Shown here in pieces: positions 1 to 8,810 of a stretch of 20,000 bases of DNA (positions within the stretch are counted from its first letter, which is position 1; each line of letters begins with the position of its first letter). This stretch comes from Chiloscyllium plagiosum (taxonomy: Eukaryota). The translations under genes and the position numbers were made by a program. Location of the stretch: positions 6,243,950 to 6,263,949 of the forward strand of contig NC_057754.1 in NCBI RefSeq assembly GCF_004010195.1, read 5' to 3'. The notes beneath the pieces are model-generated. The model was not told the origin of the DNA, ran no database searches, and saw only the letters and a program-made list of their open reading frames with translations.

Positions 1-269
1 ACCCAGCCTGTTTCTGGAGCTGATAGCAGCCTGTGGGGTTAATGTGTCTTCTTGTTATTCCCCAATTTGGAACTTTGACAATGATGGAACGTTTGGCAAG
101 TTGGAATGGGCCAATCCGCTGGCAGTGTCGTGCAGTCGGTCACCTTGTTTGGTGTTGGGGGAGTAGGGCAGGGAGGTGGGTTTGGATAAGAGGGGTGAGT
201 TGTGTGGAGGTGTGCTTGGTTTGGAGGGATGGGTGGGAAACCAGCACGCATAAGCAGTAGTTCTTGGCT

Positions 270-830
270 CATGGCCATTGGCAGGATTGGATGGAGCACC
301 TGGTCAGCGGAGAGACGATACGTCTACCTTGGCACCCCATGACACTCCTGGCCTTGCCCGAACAGGAATCTCAAAAGGAGGGTACTTTTGGATAGGACCT
401 ATGCCCCGTTTAGCTCGATGGTACAAGGGAATGAAAAAGGCGACAAGAAGACATTGGGCTTGGTGTAACCCCGTGACGTTCAAAGGAAGGAAAGCTACTG
501 TTCTGACCCCTTTCCAATCACCGTGCAACCGTGAGAATTAATCGAGGTCCAATTCTGAAATGTCCAATCAGAACGCGGGCATTGAGGGTCAACAGTAGAG
601 TGGCGCTGCAGTTAAACCTCTCTCTGACCCTGCGACCTGGGACTTGTCTCGTTTTCACCCCCTCACTGCTGGGTGAGCCAAGCGCTGACTTCTCAAGACG
701 TTGGCGTCTTTCGACGTCTGGTTCCCCTGACACCAACTGCCTCAGGTGCCTCAGCTCACCGAGAGGCAAGGTTAACCTTGTCGTATTTGACGGGGAGGTA
801 TAAACGACTGTGGGCTGAGCTTAATCAGAG
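270..830 (+). pseudogene. Highly decayed CR1-type LINE ORF2 endonuclease (APE) remnant
   Basis: Weak, co-linear motif echoes across frames: MAI..STW..LGTP* (~IAITETW..LNIPG), NEKGDKKTLGLV* (~NKKGKKTLVGVVY), NSRVALQLNL (~NNRVVIVGDFN), PRGKVNLVV (~PTRG.AILDLVL). Many stops and frameshifts; recognised by eye only. Confidence 0.35.
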
Positions 831-918
831 GGTCATCAGCCATGGGGGCTAGGTTGTGAAGGGCAGAGGTGATGATGGGGGGAACTGTTAAGGTGACCTT
901 GCCTGGAATCGAACCTGG

Positions 919-1310
919 TTAGGGACGAAACAAAACCCGCAGATGGTCGAATCCAAGGTGGACATGCAGGAAGAGTGTTAGAAGGTGGAGATGTCAATTT
1001 ATTGCGTGTAACCCCTCCTCAGGTTGGACATCTGGGATGCTTGGGAGTGGAATGCCTCTGAATCTGGGCAAAGGCGGGGGAAATTGGGAGAATGGTGATG
1101 GGAGTTTTGCAGGATACTGGGTGGGAGGAGGTGTGGTCCAGGTAGCTGTGCGAGTTTGTGGGCTCACGGTAAATGTCCGCCTGGAGATGGAAATGGAGAG
1201 CTCAAGAACTGGGAGTGCTGAAGAAGGGTCACACCCGAAACGTCACCTTCTCCACCTCCTGATGCTGCCTCGCCTGCTGTGTTCTTCCGGCCTCCTGCCT
1301 GTCCACACCT
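919..1310 (-). mobile_element. Truncated Penelope-like element (PLE) with RT fragment and inverted pseudo-LTR, flanked by a 15-bp TSD
   Basis: Minus strand about 1105-1177 translates DIYREPTNSHSYLDHTSSHPVSCK, similar to the PLE RT motif DIYYKPTDSHSYLDYTSSHP. About 950-973 is the reverse complement of about 1291-1318. TGGAATCGAACCTGG occurs at 904-918 and 1311-1325. Confidence 0.8.
1218..1244 (+). ncRNA. Minimal type-I hammerhead ribozyme motif (PLE-associated)
   Basis: CUGAAGA-A-[GGGU cac ACCC]-GAAA-CG-UC: conserved core, 4-bp stem II, palindromic ACGU in place of stem III, GUC cleavage triplet. Stem I is poorly paired in this copy. Confidence 0.65.
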
Positions 1311-1399
1311 TGGAATCGAACCTGGGCTGTTGGCATTGCTCCCTATCGCCGACCAGTCCTTCCCCATGACCACACCAACCAACCTGCCTAGCCAGTGCC

Positions 1400-2750
1400 C
1401 TCCAAAGGCAAGGGAATACATCTCACCCGCCTCTGAGGACGCAAGGCGGGGATGTGTGGGGTGTGGAACGGCCGTTCTACCCATTCTACCCATCGTCCTT
1501 CAGCCCGTCCCACCCACTCCACATCCTTCCCACCTCCTGTCCCTGGGTAACTCGCGAACCCTCTCTCTCTCTCTCTCTCTTCTCCTAACACTGCTGTACC
1601 ATTCCCAAAGGCAACCCTTCCCGTTTACTCATTCCCGGATAATGGGGGTCCCGGCATCACGTTAAGACGGGACGCCGCAAAAGGATTCCTGCTCCCAGAG
1701 AGACTCAACCTCCACCCTTCTCCTGCATTTCTAAGACCACCCCGCTTTCTCAACCTTTGACCCACCCCCACCAATTCCTCCAAAGCCAACTTGCTTCAAA
1801 CCATCAGATCCATCCTCCTTCTCACCAACCTGATCGGTCAAGAATAATTCCGCGGATTCAAACAAGAACCAGTGCTGCATGATGGGATGGTCATCCCACG
1901 GGGAGCCTTTATTGAGCCCGAGTAATCCTGACTGCCAACTGTCCAATATCTCGGGGTCAGGTGCAATGATCCCCAGTACGCCCGAGCCTGAATATCAGGT
2001 TCCCAGCAGAAGTTGACATGATGCACCCTAGCCTGAACATCAGATTCCCAGCAGACGTGACATAGCACACCCTAGTCTGAACATCAGATTCCCAGCAGAA
2101 GTTGACATGACATTGACTGTTCCTCTCTTACTCCATCTCTCCGACTCTGGAGTTCCTCCAGGCACTTTGCCTCCTCATCGTCCTCCCCAGACCTCACACC
2201 CCATTTATCTCCCGGTCAATCACCAGCGGCCCTTCCAGCTCCTCGATAACAGCCAACGTGGAGCTTGATGAGGGGGTAACACACTAATGGCGCAGTCCTC
2301 TCCCTCTCTACTGCCATGCAGTTCCCAAAGGTAAATGCCAGTCGAGCTGACGCACACTGGTCTCACCCATATGTGGGACAGTATAAGGCTGTGCCCTTCC
2401 CCCGCTCCAGAGGTGCGTCACAACATCTCTGAGCAAGTTGATGAGAAAGTCTACCTTAACAGGTCTGACCTTTGCTGCCCTTTCTGTTTGGCTTGTCCCC
2501 ATGTTGCATTCTGGGAATCAGTAAGGTGGACAGTCCCTACCCCGTTCTGTTGGATGTTGGGCCACACTGTTTGGGATAGGAGCTCCTTGGGGCCCTCTCT
2601 CTTTCGTTCTTCCCTGTGATCCCACCCGAAAGTGTCTGAGATCCTCCTTCGCTCTCATCCTGAACGATTCTTCCCTGAGCATTCCTAGTTCCTTCCTGAA
2701 GCTCAGGAGCCAACGATCCAGCTCCGAGCTTTGGCGGACATTATTCTAGT
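1400..2750 (-). pseudogene. Ancient, heavily diverged CR1 ORF2 fossil (linker plus RT N-terminal region)
   Basis: Co-linear minus-strand motif echoes: RAKEDLRHF..GRTKERGP (~2600-2655; ~RVKENPKRF..TRERIGP), DLLR*TFSS (~2440-2465; ~EVLNEYFAS), EELEGPLV (2221-2244; ~EEIAGPL), QHWF..FLTD (~1835-1878; ~QHGF..CLTN), ESFCGVP (1668-1688; ~KAFDKVP), VNGKGCLW..RRRERERV (~1555-1628; ~IQGELAIW..GRRQRV). Confidence 0.5.
1986..2109. repeat. 44-45-bp tandem repeat, about 2.8 copies
   Basis: Unit G(C/T)CTGAA(T/C)ATCAG(G/A)TTCCCAGCAGA..TGACAT...CACCCTA starts at 1986, 2031 and 2075. Confidence 0.9.
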
Positions 2751-2999
2751 CAACGAAGGTGTGCGCCACCGGTGTCTGTCATCCCCTCCTACCTCAGGAA
2801 GGGGACGCTGAAAGGTTTTCTTGGACTGCGTGGTCGAAGGGATGACGCAGGATCTCCAAGGTTTTGGGGGAACTGGCCAATCCATCTGCTGAGGTGGGCC
2901 AGCTGGTGAGAGCCATTGACCAACCAGAGGCCAGTGTCCCCATTAGCTCAGCGACATCTGGATGAGTTACTTTAAAAAAGGTCTCATTTCATCAGAAGC

Positions 3000-3840
3000 A
3001 GCTCAGGGAAGGGTCACCGGGGTGGTCCCCAGTGCGGAGGGATTGCCTCACCAGCAAAGGATAAATGAGTTGGGACTCTGTCACCGGAGTTTAGAAGGAT
3101 ATGAGGTGATCTCCCGTTGAGGGGCTTGACAGGGTCAATGCTGAGAGGGTGTCTCCCCCCTCACAGGAGGGTCTGGGACCAGAGGGGATTGGAATAAAAG
3201 GGGGCGCCAATTTCAGATTGAGATGAGGAGGAATTTCTTCTCTTGGAGTGTTAGGAGTCTTTGGAACACCTTGCCTCAGAGAACGGGGAGGGTGGGGGGG
3301 TTTGGAGGATGGAGGGCAGAGTCCTTGTGAATGTTTAAGGCCGAGACCATGAGATCGGTCGAGGCCAGAAGGGCGGGAAAGTGAGGAATGGCGGAGCAGC
3401 CCTAGAGGGGCCGAATGGCCTACTCCAGCTCCTTAAGGTCAGCCGGTGAGGTAGAGTTGATGGCACACAGTGGGAAGAGCGTCCAGGATCACAAGAGGAC
3501 CGACTGACTGGTTTATGCAGGGTGGGGGATGGTGGAGGGGGAAGGGGGTTTGTCTGTTCTGGGGCCTGCGGGAAGGGAGGGTGGGACAGTCTCATTCCAC
3601 CAGTCGCTGAGGAAGGCAAACAGCGCATAGCAAGAGCATTCGAGTGCAGGACCAGGGATGTCTCAGTATAGGGGGGGGAGAGAAATGCAGAAAATAGGGG
3701 TGGGGTAGGCCATTCGCCCCCCCCCCCCCATGTCTGCTCTGCCATCTTGAGACTGAGACAAGGAGGAATTTCTTCTCTCAGAGAGTGCTGTGGGTCAGGT
3801 GGGGAGCAAAACCCTTGTGTAGATCGATTCTTGATCATCC
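3000..3840 (+). mobile_element. Decayed CR1/HER1 LINE 3' fragments
   Basis: GAGATGAGGAGGAATTTCTTCTCT (~EMRRNFFS) near 3220 and a similar copy near 3760; CR1 3' tail GGGGCCGAATGGCCTACTCCAGCTCCT at about 3407-3433. Confidence 0.8.
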
Positions 3841-4049
3841 AACCCTTCCCGTGCTTTCTCCCCCTCAACCCACCCTCTTTGATCCCTCAGACCCCTTCCT
3901 GAAGACGTTCAATGTTTTGGCCTCAACAGCTCTCCGTGGTAGGGGAATCCCAGCAGCTCTCTGGGTGGAGTACGTCAGCTCAGTTCTAACCCCACCATTG
4001 TTAGGCTATGACCGCTCCTACCCTCCCATTGTGGACTCCCCGCCCCCCG

Positions 4050-4400
4050 AGGGGGTGGGTGGGAGGGAATGGAGAGAGGGCGCGGGGGGGAGCAACCGTC
4101 AAGACCCTTTCCCTAGACGAGTCAAGGGGGCGACAATTTCCAAGCCAACGTTTCAGCCGGAGCGGTGGAGTTGGCACCAAAAGCCCCAGAGGCGCTCGGA
4201 TCTGAGCCGAGTGGACACGCAAGGCCATTCTGCCCTCATCCTGGTAGTGTCGATGCGCACGTACTCCCGGTCACAGCCTCCACGGGCCTCCGGCCCTCCA
4301 GGAGCAACTCGGAAAGGGAACCCTTCACAAACACGGTGGTCATCCTATGGGCACCGACACCTCCTCCACCCCCCTCGCCCCAAACCCGCATCCTTTGAAA
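4050..4400 (+). pseudogene. Extremely diverged, GC-rich CR1 ORF2 C-terminal remnant
   Basis: SNRQDPFP-RRVKG (~LNRLGLFSL..RRMRG), DLSRVDTQ..VVSMRT (~GLDRVD..GESRTRG) and SEREPFTNTVVILW (~EMRRNFFTQRVVNLW) appear in the correct order. Confidence 0.45.
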
Positions 4401-4659
4401 ACACTCCCTTGCCCCTCTGAAACAGAATTCCCTACCACCCTGGATTGTTCAGGACAATCCTTAACAATTGTTCCACACTAAGGCACGGTCACAGAGCTGA
4501 AAGACAAAACAAAGACCATGTTTTCATGTAACAACGTTGGCCTGAATGAAGCAAAGGGATTTCTTGTCCTGCAAAGGTGGTCTCAACATCATTTTTTTTT
4601 TGCCAGAACTTTTATGTCAATTCCAGGCCAGCACGTCTCTAACTTACCCTGGGTCCCCT

Positions 4660-4830
4660 GAGAGACCCCTTCTCTAACCTCTTCCAAAACCATTCCGTAT
4701 GGCGGGAGATACAATGGCTTAAACACCCGCACTGATAGATTCGAGCACAGCTTCTTCTCCCGCTGTATTTAGACTTCTCTCAAATTTTAAATCTAACGCT
4801 GATCCCGCTCTCCCCTGCACTGCACCCCTC
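4660..4830 (+). mobile_element. Rex1/Babar-like LINE 3' end fragment
   Basis: Translates LFQTIPYGGRYNGLNTRTDRFEHSFFS, resembling the Rex1 C-terminus LFQLLPSGRRYRSLKTRTNRFKNSFFP. Confidence 0.6.
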
Positions 4831-4848
4831 GCTCTGTCACCCTTTGGA

Positions 4849-5013
4849 CAGAGGGACGGCGATTATCCAAACAACACGGGCGGGGGAGTATTTTGGACGT
4901 TCGGATAATCGAAAGCTGGATGACACAGTTCAGCCGTGCACCAGGAGCTTGCCAATGCAGCTGGATCAGCCGAAATTCAGATAAGCAAGTGCCGGATCAT
5001 TGAGGTGCCTCTG
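4849..5013. mobile_element. Degenerate Tigger/pogo-like MITE
   Basis: Imperfect 20-bp TIRs: CAGAGGGACGGCGATTATCC (4849-4868) versus the reverse complement of 4994-5013, CAGAGGCACCTCAATGATCC (15/20). Internal inverted copy GTTCGGATAATCG near 4899-4911. The TA TSD is not preserved (GA and CA). Confidence 0.55.
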
Positions 5014-5744
5014 CACGTCAAACAAAACCTTTCACTGTACTCGGGCACAACAAATCAAGTCAACCTTGAGAGGGACCCTGAGAGGGGATGACGCCCAAAA
5101 GGGATCTCACAGCACTGGTTCCAGTTTGTCCTCCGGGGATGGAGGGGGGAGGAATTGGCTTAATCGGAAGAGTTTACAGGAAGGAAGCAAAACAGGAGTC
5201 AGACACAAAAATGGAGTTAGTACTTAATTTCCCACAGTTTTGGTAAGCGTGTTAGTAATTGGTGTTTAGTTCGTTTGGCCAAAGGATGGCAATGCACTCT
5301 CAAGTTAACCAGAGACCGCTCCAGCCATGCAAGGACCAGTCTCACACAAGCCTTTCTCAGGGCCAGACTTCAGTCAGTCAACAATTTAAATGACCATGCA
5401 AAGAGCCACATGCTTAAAACAATAAAAATTAAAGAGGAATACAGAGAAAGGAAACAAGAGCTCCATTTTTCAAGGTGTATTTTGACAAAGCAGCTCAGGG
5501 GAAGCGGCCATGTTTTCCTTGCGCTCCCCGCCCCCGAATCTCTGTAGGAGTAGCCTTTGTTCCACGTGTCGCGCGGTGTCTTATGTGAACCGTGGCAAAA
5601 TAATTTGGCCTGTGCCCAGGTGAAAAGTTTTAGCGCTCCCCCCACCGCCGCCACCATGCAAAGAGAGAGCGTCCAAACTTGCAAACTGTAGAAAGCATCA
5701 CACAGAGGGTGATAGAGCTAGGGTGAGGCCCAGTTAAACCAGAG

Positions 5745-6420
5745 TTTAACCTGGTTAAGCCAGAGACCCAGGTAATGCCCCGGGGTTCGAACCCCCGCCG
5801 TTAGCAGGCTGTGGATTTTGACTGCAATAAAAATCTGGGATTAGGAGTATGATAATGAGCATGAATCCATTGTCAGGAAAAACCCTAATGTCCCTTGAGG
5901 GAAGGAAACTACCATCCTTACCTACTCTGGGCCTACAGCGAGGTGGATCATCATAAAAATGCCTACAGTGTGGAAGCAAGCCATTTGGCCCATCGAGTCC
6001 ACACCGACCCTCTGAAGAGCATCCCACCCTGTTGAGGCTGAGTCTCAGAATCCCCACAGGGTGGAAGCAGGCCATTCAAAAGAGCAACCCACCCCCTAAT
6101 CCTGTCCCTGGAAGCCTGCATTCCCCATGGCCGATCCACTAGCCTGCACACTACAGGACAATTTCCTATGGCCGTTCCACCCTCACCTCCACAGCTTTGG
6201 ATTGTGGGAGGGCACCCCACGCAGACACAGGGAGAATGTGTAAATGTCACACCGATTGTGGCCCAAGGGTGGGATCGGATCTGGGTCCCTAACATTGGGA
6301 GGTAGCAGTGCTAACCACTGTGCCACCCTTAACTGGTTGACTCTTAACTGCCCTCTGGACAAATAAAAATGGGCAATAAATGCTGGGCCAAGCCAGAGAC
6401 ATTATTGAATAGATAAAACA
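5745..6420 (+). mobile_element. tRNA-derived SINE with L2-like tail (SacSINE1/DeuSINE-like), split by an HE1 insertion
   Basis: 5' part has a B box GGTTCGAACCC and the core ..CTAATGTCCCTTGAGGGAAGGAAACT... The 3' part resumes near 6333 with TGGTTGACTCTTAACTGCCCTCT..GGGCAATAAATGCTGG. Confidence 0.6.
5951..6328 (-). mobile_element. HE1-like SINE (V-SINE) with duplicated CR1-derived tail
   Basis: Reverse-strand tRNA-like head GGGTGGCACAGTGGTTAGCACTGCT; tail motif GGAAGCA(A/G)GCCATT occurs near both 5970 and 6062. Confidence 0.8.
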
Positions 6421-6567
6421 TGTGTGTGAGAGAGAGTGTGTGTGTGAGAGAGAGAGTGTGTGTGTGTGGATATGTGTGTATGTGAATGTGTGTGTCTGTG
6501 CCTGTGTGTGTCTGTGCCTGTGTGTATGTGAATGTGTGTGTCTGTGCCTGTGTGTGTGTGTGTGTGT
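6421..6567. repeat. Compound (TG)n/(GA)n microsatellite
   Basis: Direct reading of TG and GA dinucleotide runs. Confidence 0.95.
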
Positions 6568-7059
6568 TGTTGAGCAACGTTCTCAAATTTCACATCTCCA
6601 GCAGTCCACCCCTTTACGTTCAAAATGATTGGTGCCTAAAAGGACATCGACCTTAGACAGCCACATCTGCTTTTCAGTGGGGAGAAGGTGCCTTTTATGT
6701 GGCTTCAGCTGTAATTAAATAAAACCCTGGAAGAAGTGAAGCAGACAGAGCTGGTGTGCCGTCTCCAGGGAGTCTCGGAGACAAAAATGAACTTTCCGAA
6801 CTGTGCAGCTGACTGCTTTTCCCCAGAGAATGGACAGGAACAAACTCCATCCATCACTTGACGGGAATATTGACAATAGGCACGTCAGCCTCAGCCTGTC
6901 TCTATGGTCAGGCTGCACCAAGGAAGGTCCAGCACAGAGCTGTTGGAAGCAAATACAATCCCAGTAGGCCATTCAGCCCCTTTTTGGAGGCAGATGATGC
7001 TCCTCATGTCCTGCCGGGAGAGGCGCTACTCGAGTGGAGAAAGGGCTTTCTTCCCTCAC

Positions 7060-7353
7060 AGGATGCCTACAGTGCGGAAGCAGGCCATTCGGCCCATCGA
7101 GTCCGCACCGACCCGCTGAACAGCTTCCCACCCAGACCCATGTCTCCACCCTATTCCCATAACCCTACATTTTCCATGTCCAACCTGCACACCTTTGAAC
7201 ACTACGGGGCAATTTCCCACTCTAAGATCTTTGAACTGTGGGATGAAACTGGAATGGATGCGGGGAGAACGTGCAAACTGCACACAGACAGTCGCCCAAG
7301 GGTGGGATCGAACCAGGGTCCCTGTGAGGCAGCACTGAGCCACCATGCCGCCC
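7060..7353 (-). mobile_element. HE1-like SINE
   Basis: Same head (..CTGAGCCACCATGCCGCCC on +), V-domain (GGGGAGAACGTGCAAACT) and CR1 tail (CAGGCCATTCGGCCCATCGAGTCC) as the other copies. Confidence 0.85.
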
Positions 7354-7861
7354 ACAGTTTCACTGGACGGGCACACAACACTCCGTTAAGCGTTATGGCA
7401 CAGAACGAGGCCATTGAACCCATCACTGCTGCGCCAACCCCCTCAAATGAGCCAGCACCAACCTTCCCACCTATTCTGCCACACCCTTGCAGCCCCCTTC
7501 CAGCCAAAATGCCCCCCGACACATTTCTGGGGTTCCACACTCCAACTAGGATCTTGGTAAAGTTAGAGAGACGGCTGGGTGGCATTTTAACCGCACTTTG
7601 GGCGAACGGAGAGATTGAGAAGGAGAGATTTTTGTGGTAACCTCACCCAGAAATCGAACCCACACTCTTGATGCCACCCTGCGTTACAGCCACTTGAGCT
7701 AACCACAACCACACCCTAAACTATGATCTTCCTCTCCCATCACCGTTGCTAGTCTTGCACATCATTACGGGGAGAGGGGGCGAAGGAAGGGAAGTCACCC
7801 ATTGGCTTGTGAGGTTGGGGGGGGACCTCATCCTGGGTGAACAGCAATCTTGGTTTGTTCA

Positions 7862-8012
7862 GTACATCGCATCAGTTGTCTGACACTATGATCTTCTGCT
7901 ATAAATTCTGCGTCCTATGATCTACCTCCCTGATGAAGGAGCGGCGTTCCGAAAGCTAGTGCTTCCAAACAAACCTGTTGGACTAGAACCTGGTGTTGTG
8001 TGATTTATAACT
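7862..8012 (+). mobile_element. Penelope-like pseudo-LTR fragment (second PLE family)
   Basis: CTGATGAAGGAGCGGCGTTCCGAAAGCTAGTGCTTCCAAACAAACCTGTTGGACTAGAACCTGGTGTTGTGTGATTT resembles an abundant shark PLE terminal repeat (recalled) and carries a hammerhead core. Confidence 0.65.
7930..7958 (+). ncRNA. Minimal type-I hammerhead ribozyme motif (PLE-associated)
   Basis: CUGAUGA-A-[GGAGC ggc GUUCC]-GAAA-GC-UA: canonical core, 5-bp stem II with one G-U pair, palindromic AGCU in place of stem III, CUA cleavage triplet. Confidence 0.7.
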
Positions 8013-8274
8013 GGGTGAAGATGGCCAACAATCAGCAATCATTTGTTTAACGGGATCGTATATCCCGAAGAAAGGGCAAGTCTGATTACTGCAAATCCAT
8101 TTATCTGTGTAAAGTGATCTATAAGGAACTCTCATTGGACGAAAACCGTTCACTGGAGATCAAGGGATGTTTAGTTCCAACAATAATGGAATGTGGGTCT
8201 GTTTTTTGTCCTTTAAACTGTGTTATTATTTAACAATGATTCATTGTTATAATTAATCCTGGTGGTTTTTCATT

Positions 8275-8810
8275 GAGGTGGTTAGCACTGCTGCCTCACA
8301 GCACCAGGGACCCGGGTTCGATCCCACCCTCGGGTGACTGTGTGTAGTTTGCACATTCTCCCTGTGACTGAGTTGCTTTCCTCCAGATGCTCTGGTTTCC
8401 TTCCACAATCCAAAGATGTGCAGGTTAGGGTGGATTAGCCATGCTAAATTGTCCCATAGTGCCCAGGGATGTGCAGGTTAGGGTGGATTGGCCATGCTAA
8501 ATTGTCCCATAGTGCCCAGGGATGTGCAGGTTAGAGTGGATTGGCCGTGCTAAACTGTCCCATAGTGCCCAGGGATGTGCAGATTAGAGTGGATTGGCCG
8601 TGCAAAATTGTACCATATTGTCCAGGGATGTGCAGGTTAGGGTGGATTGGCCGTGCTAAATTGTCCCATAGTGCCCAGGGATGTGCAGGTTAGGGTGGTC
8701 TGGCCACAGGAAAAGCCAGACTACAGGAGGAGAGTAGGTTGCTCTTTGGAGGGTCAGTGCAGACCTGATGGGCCAAATGGCCTCACTCTGCGCCATAGGG
8801 ATTGTGTGAA
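8275..8810 (+). mobile_element. HE1-like SINE with internal 53-bp tandem array (5 units plus a partial)
   Basis: Head GGTGGTTAGCACTGCTGCCTCACAGCACCAGGGACCCGGGTTCGATCCC. Units start at 8415, 8468, 8521, 8574, 8627 and 8680. Tail GGGCCAAATGGCCT. Confidence 0.92.

Larger units (their letters stand above)
840..1385 (-). mobile_element. Old tRNA-derived SINE interrupted by a Penelope-like insertion
   Basis: Removing 919-1325 rejoins the minus-strand sequence GACTGGTCGGCGATAGGGAGCAATGCCAACAGCCCAGGTTCGATTCCAGGCAAGGTCACC, which contains a Pol III B box (GGTTCGATTCC). A related SINE head lies at about 7635-7715. Confidence 0.55.

Noticed and set aside
1986..2109. 45-bp repeat as a mini-CRISPR
   Set aside because: The intervening bases are also homologous between copies, so this is a simple tandem duplication in a eukaryotic context.
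1..2970. Endogenous viral element (for example LLLTLN resembling bornavirus M, or a gag-like stretch)
   Set aside because: Only a 6-residue coincidence, with no long ORF. Ordered CR1 ORF2 motif echoes explain the region better.
3785..4420. 211-aa ORF as a host gene
   Set aside because: It spans GC-rich decayed CR1 fragments; the open frame is expected from low stop-codon density.
6858..7640. 260-aa ORF as a host gene
   Set aside because: It runs antisense through an HE1 SINE and other repeat tails, with no recognisable domain.
8277..8330. tRNA gene
   Set aside because: The A/B boxes belong to a tRNA-derived SINE head; there is no complete cloverleaf and it continues into the SINE body.
8415..8706. 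53-bp arrays (also 11159-11320 and 12157-12593) as a CRISPR array or telomeric repeat
   Set aside because: Units are head-to-tail with no unique spacers, lie inside SINEs and have no cas genes nearby. TTAGGG appears at most once per unit.
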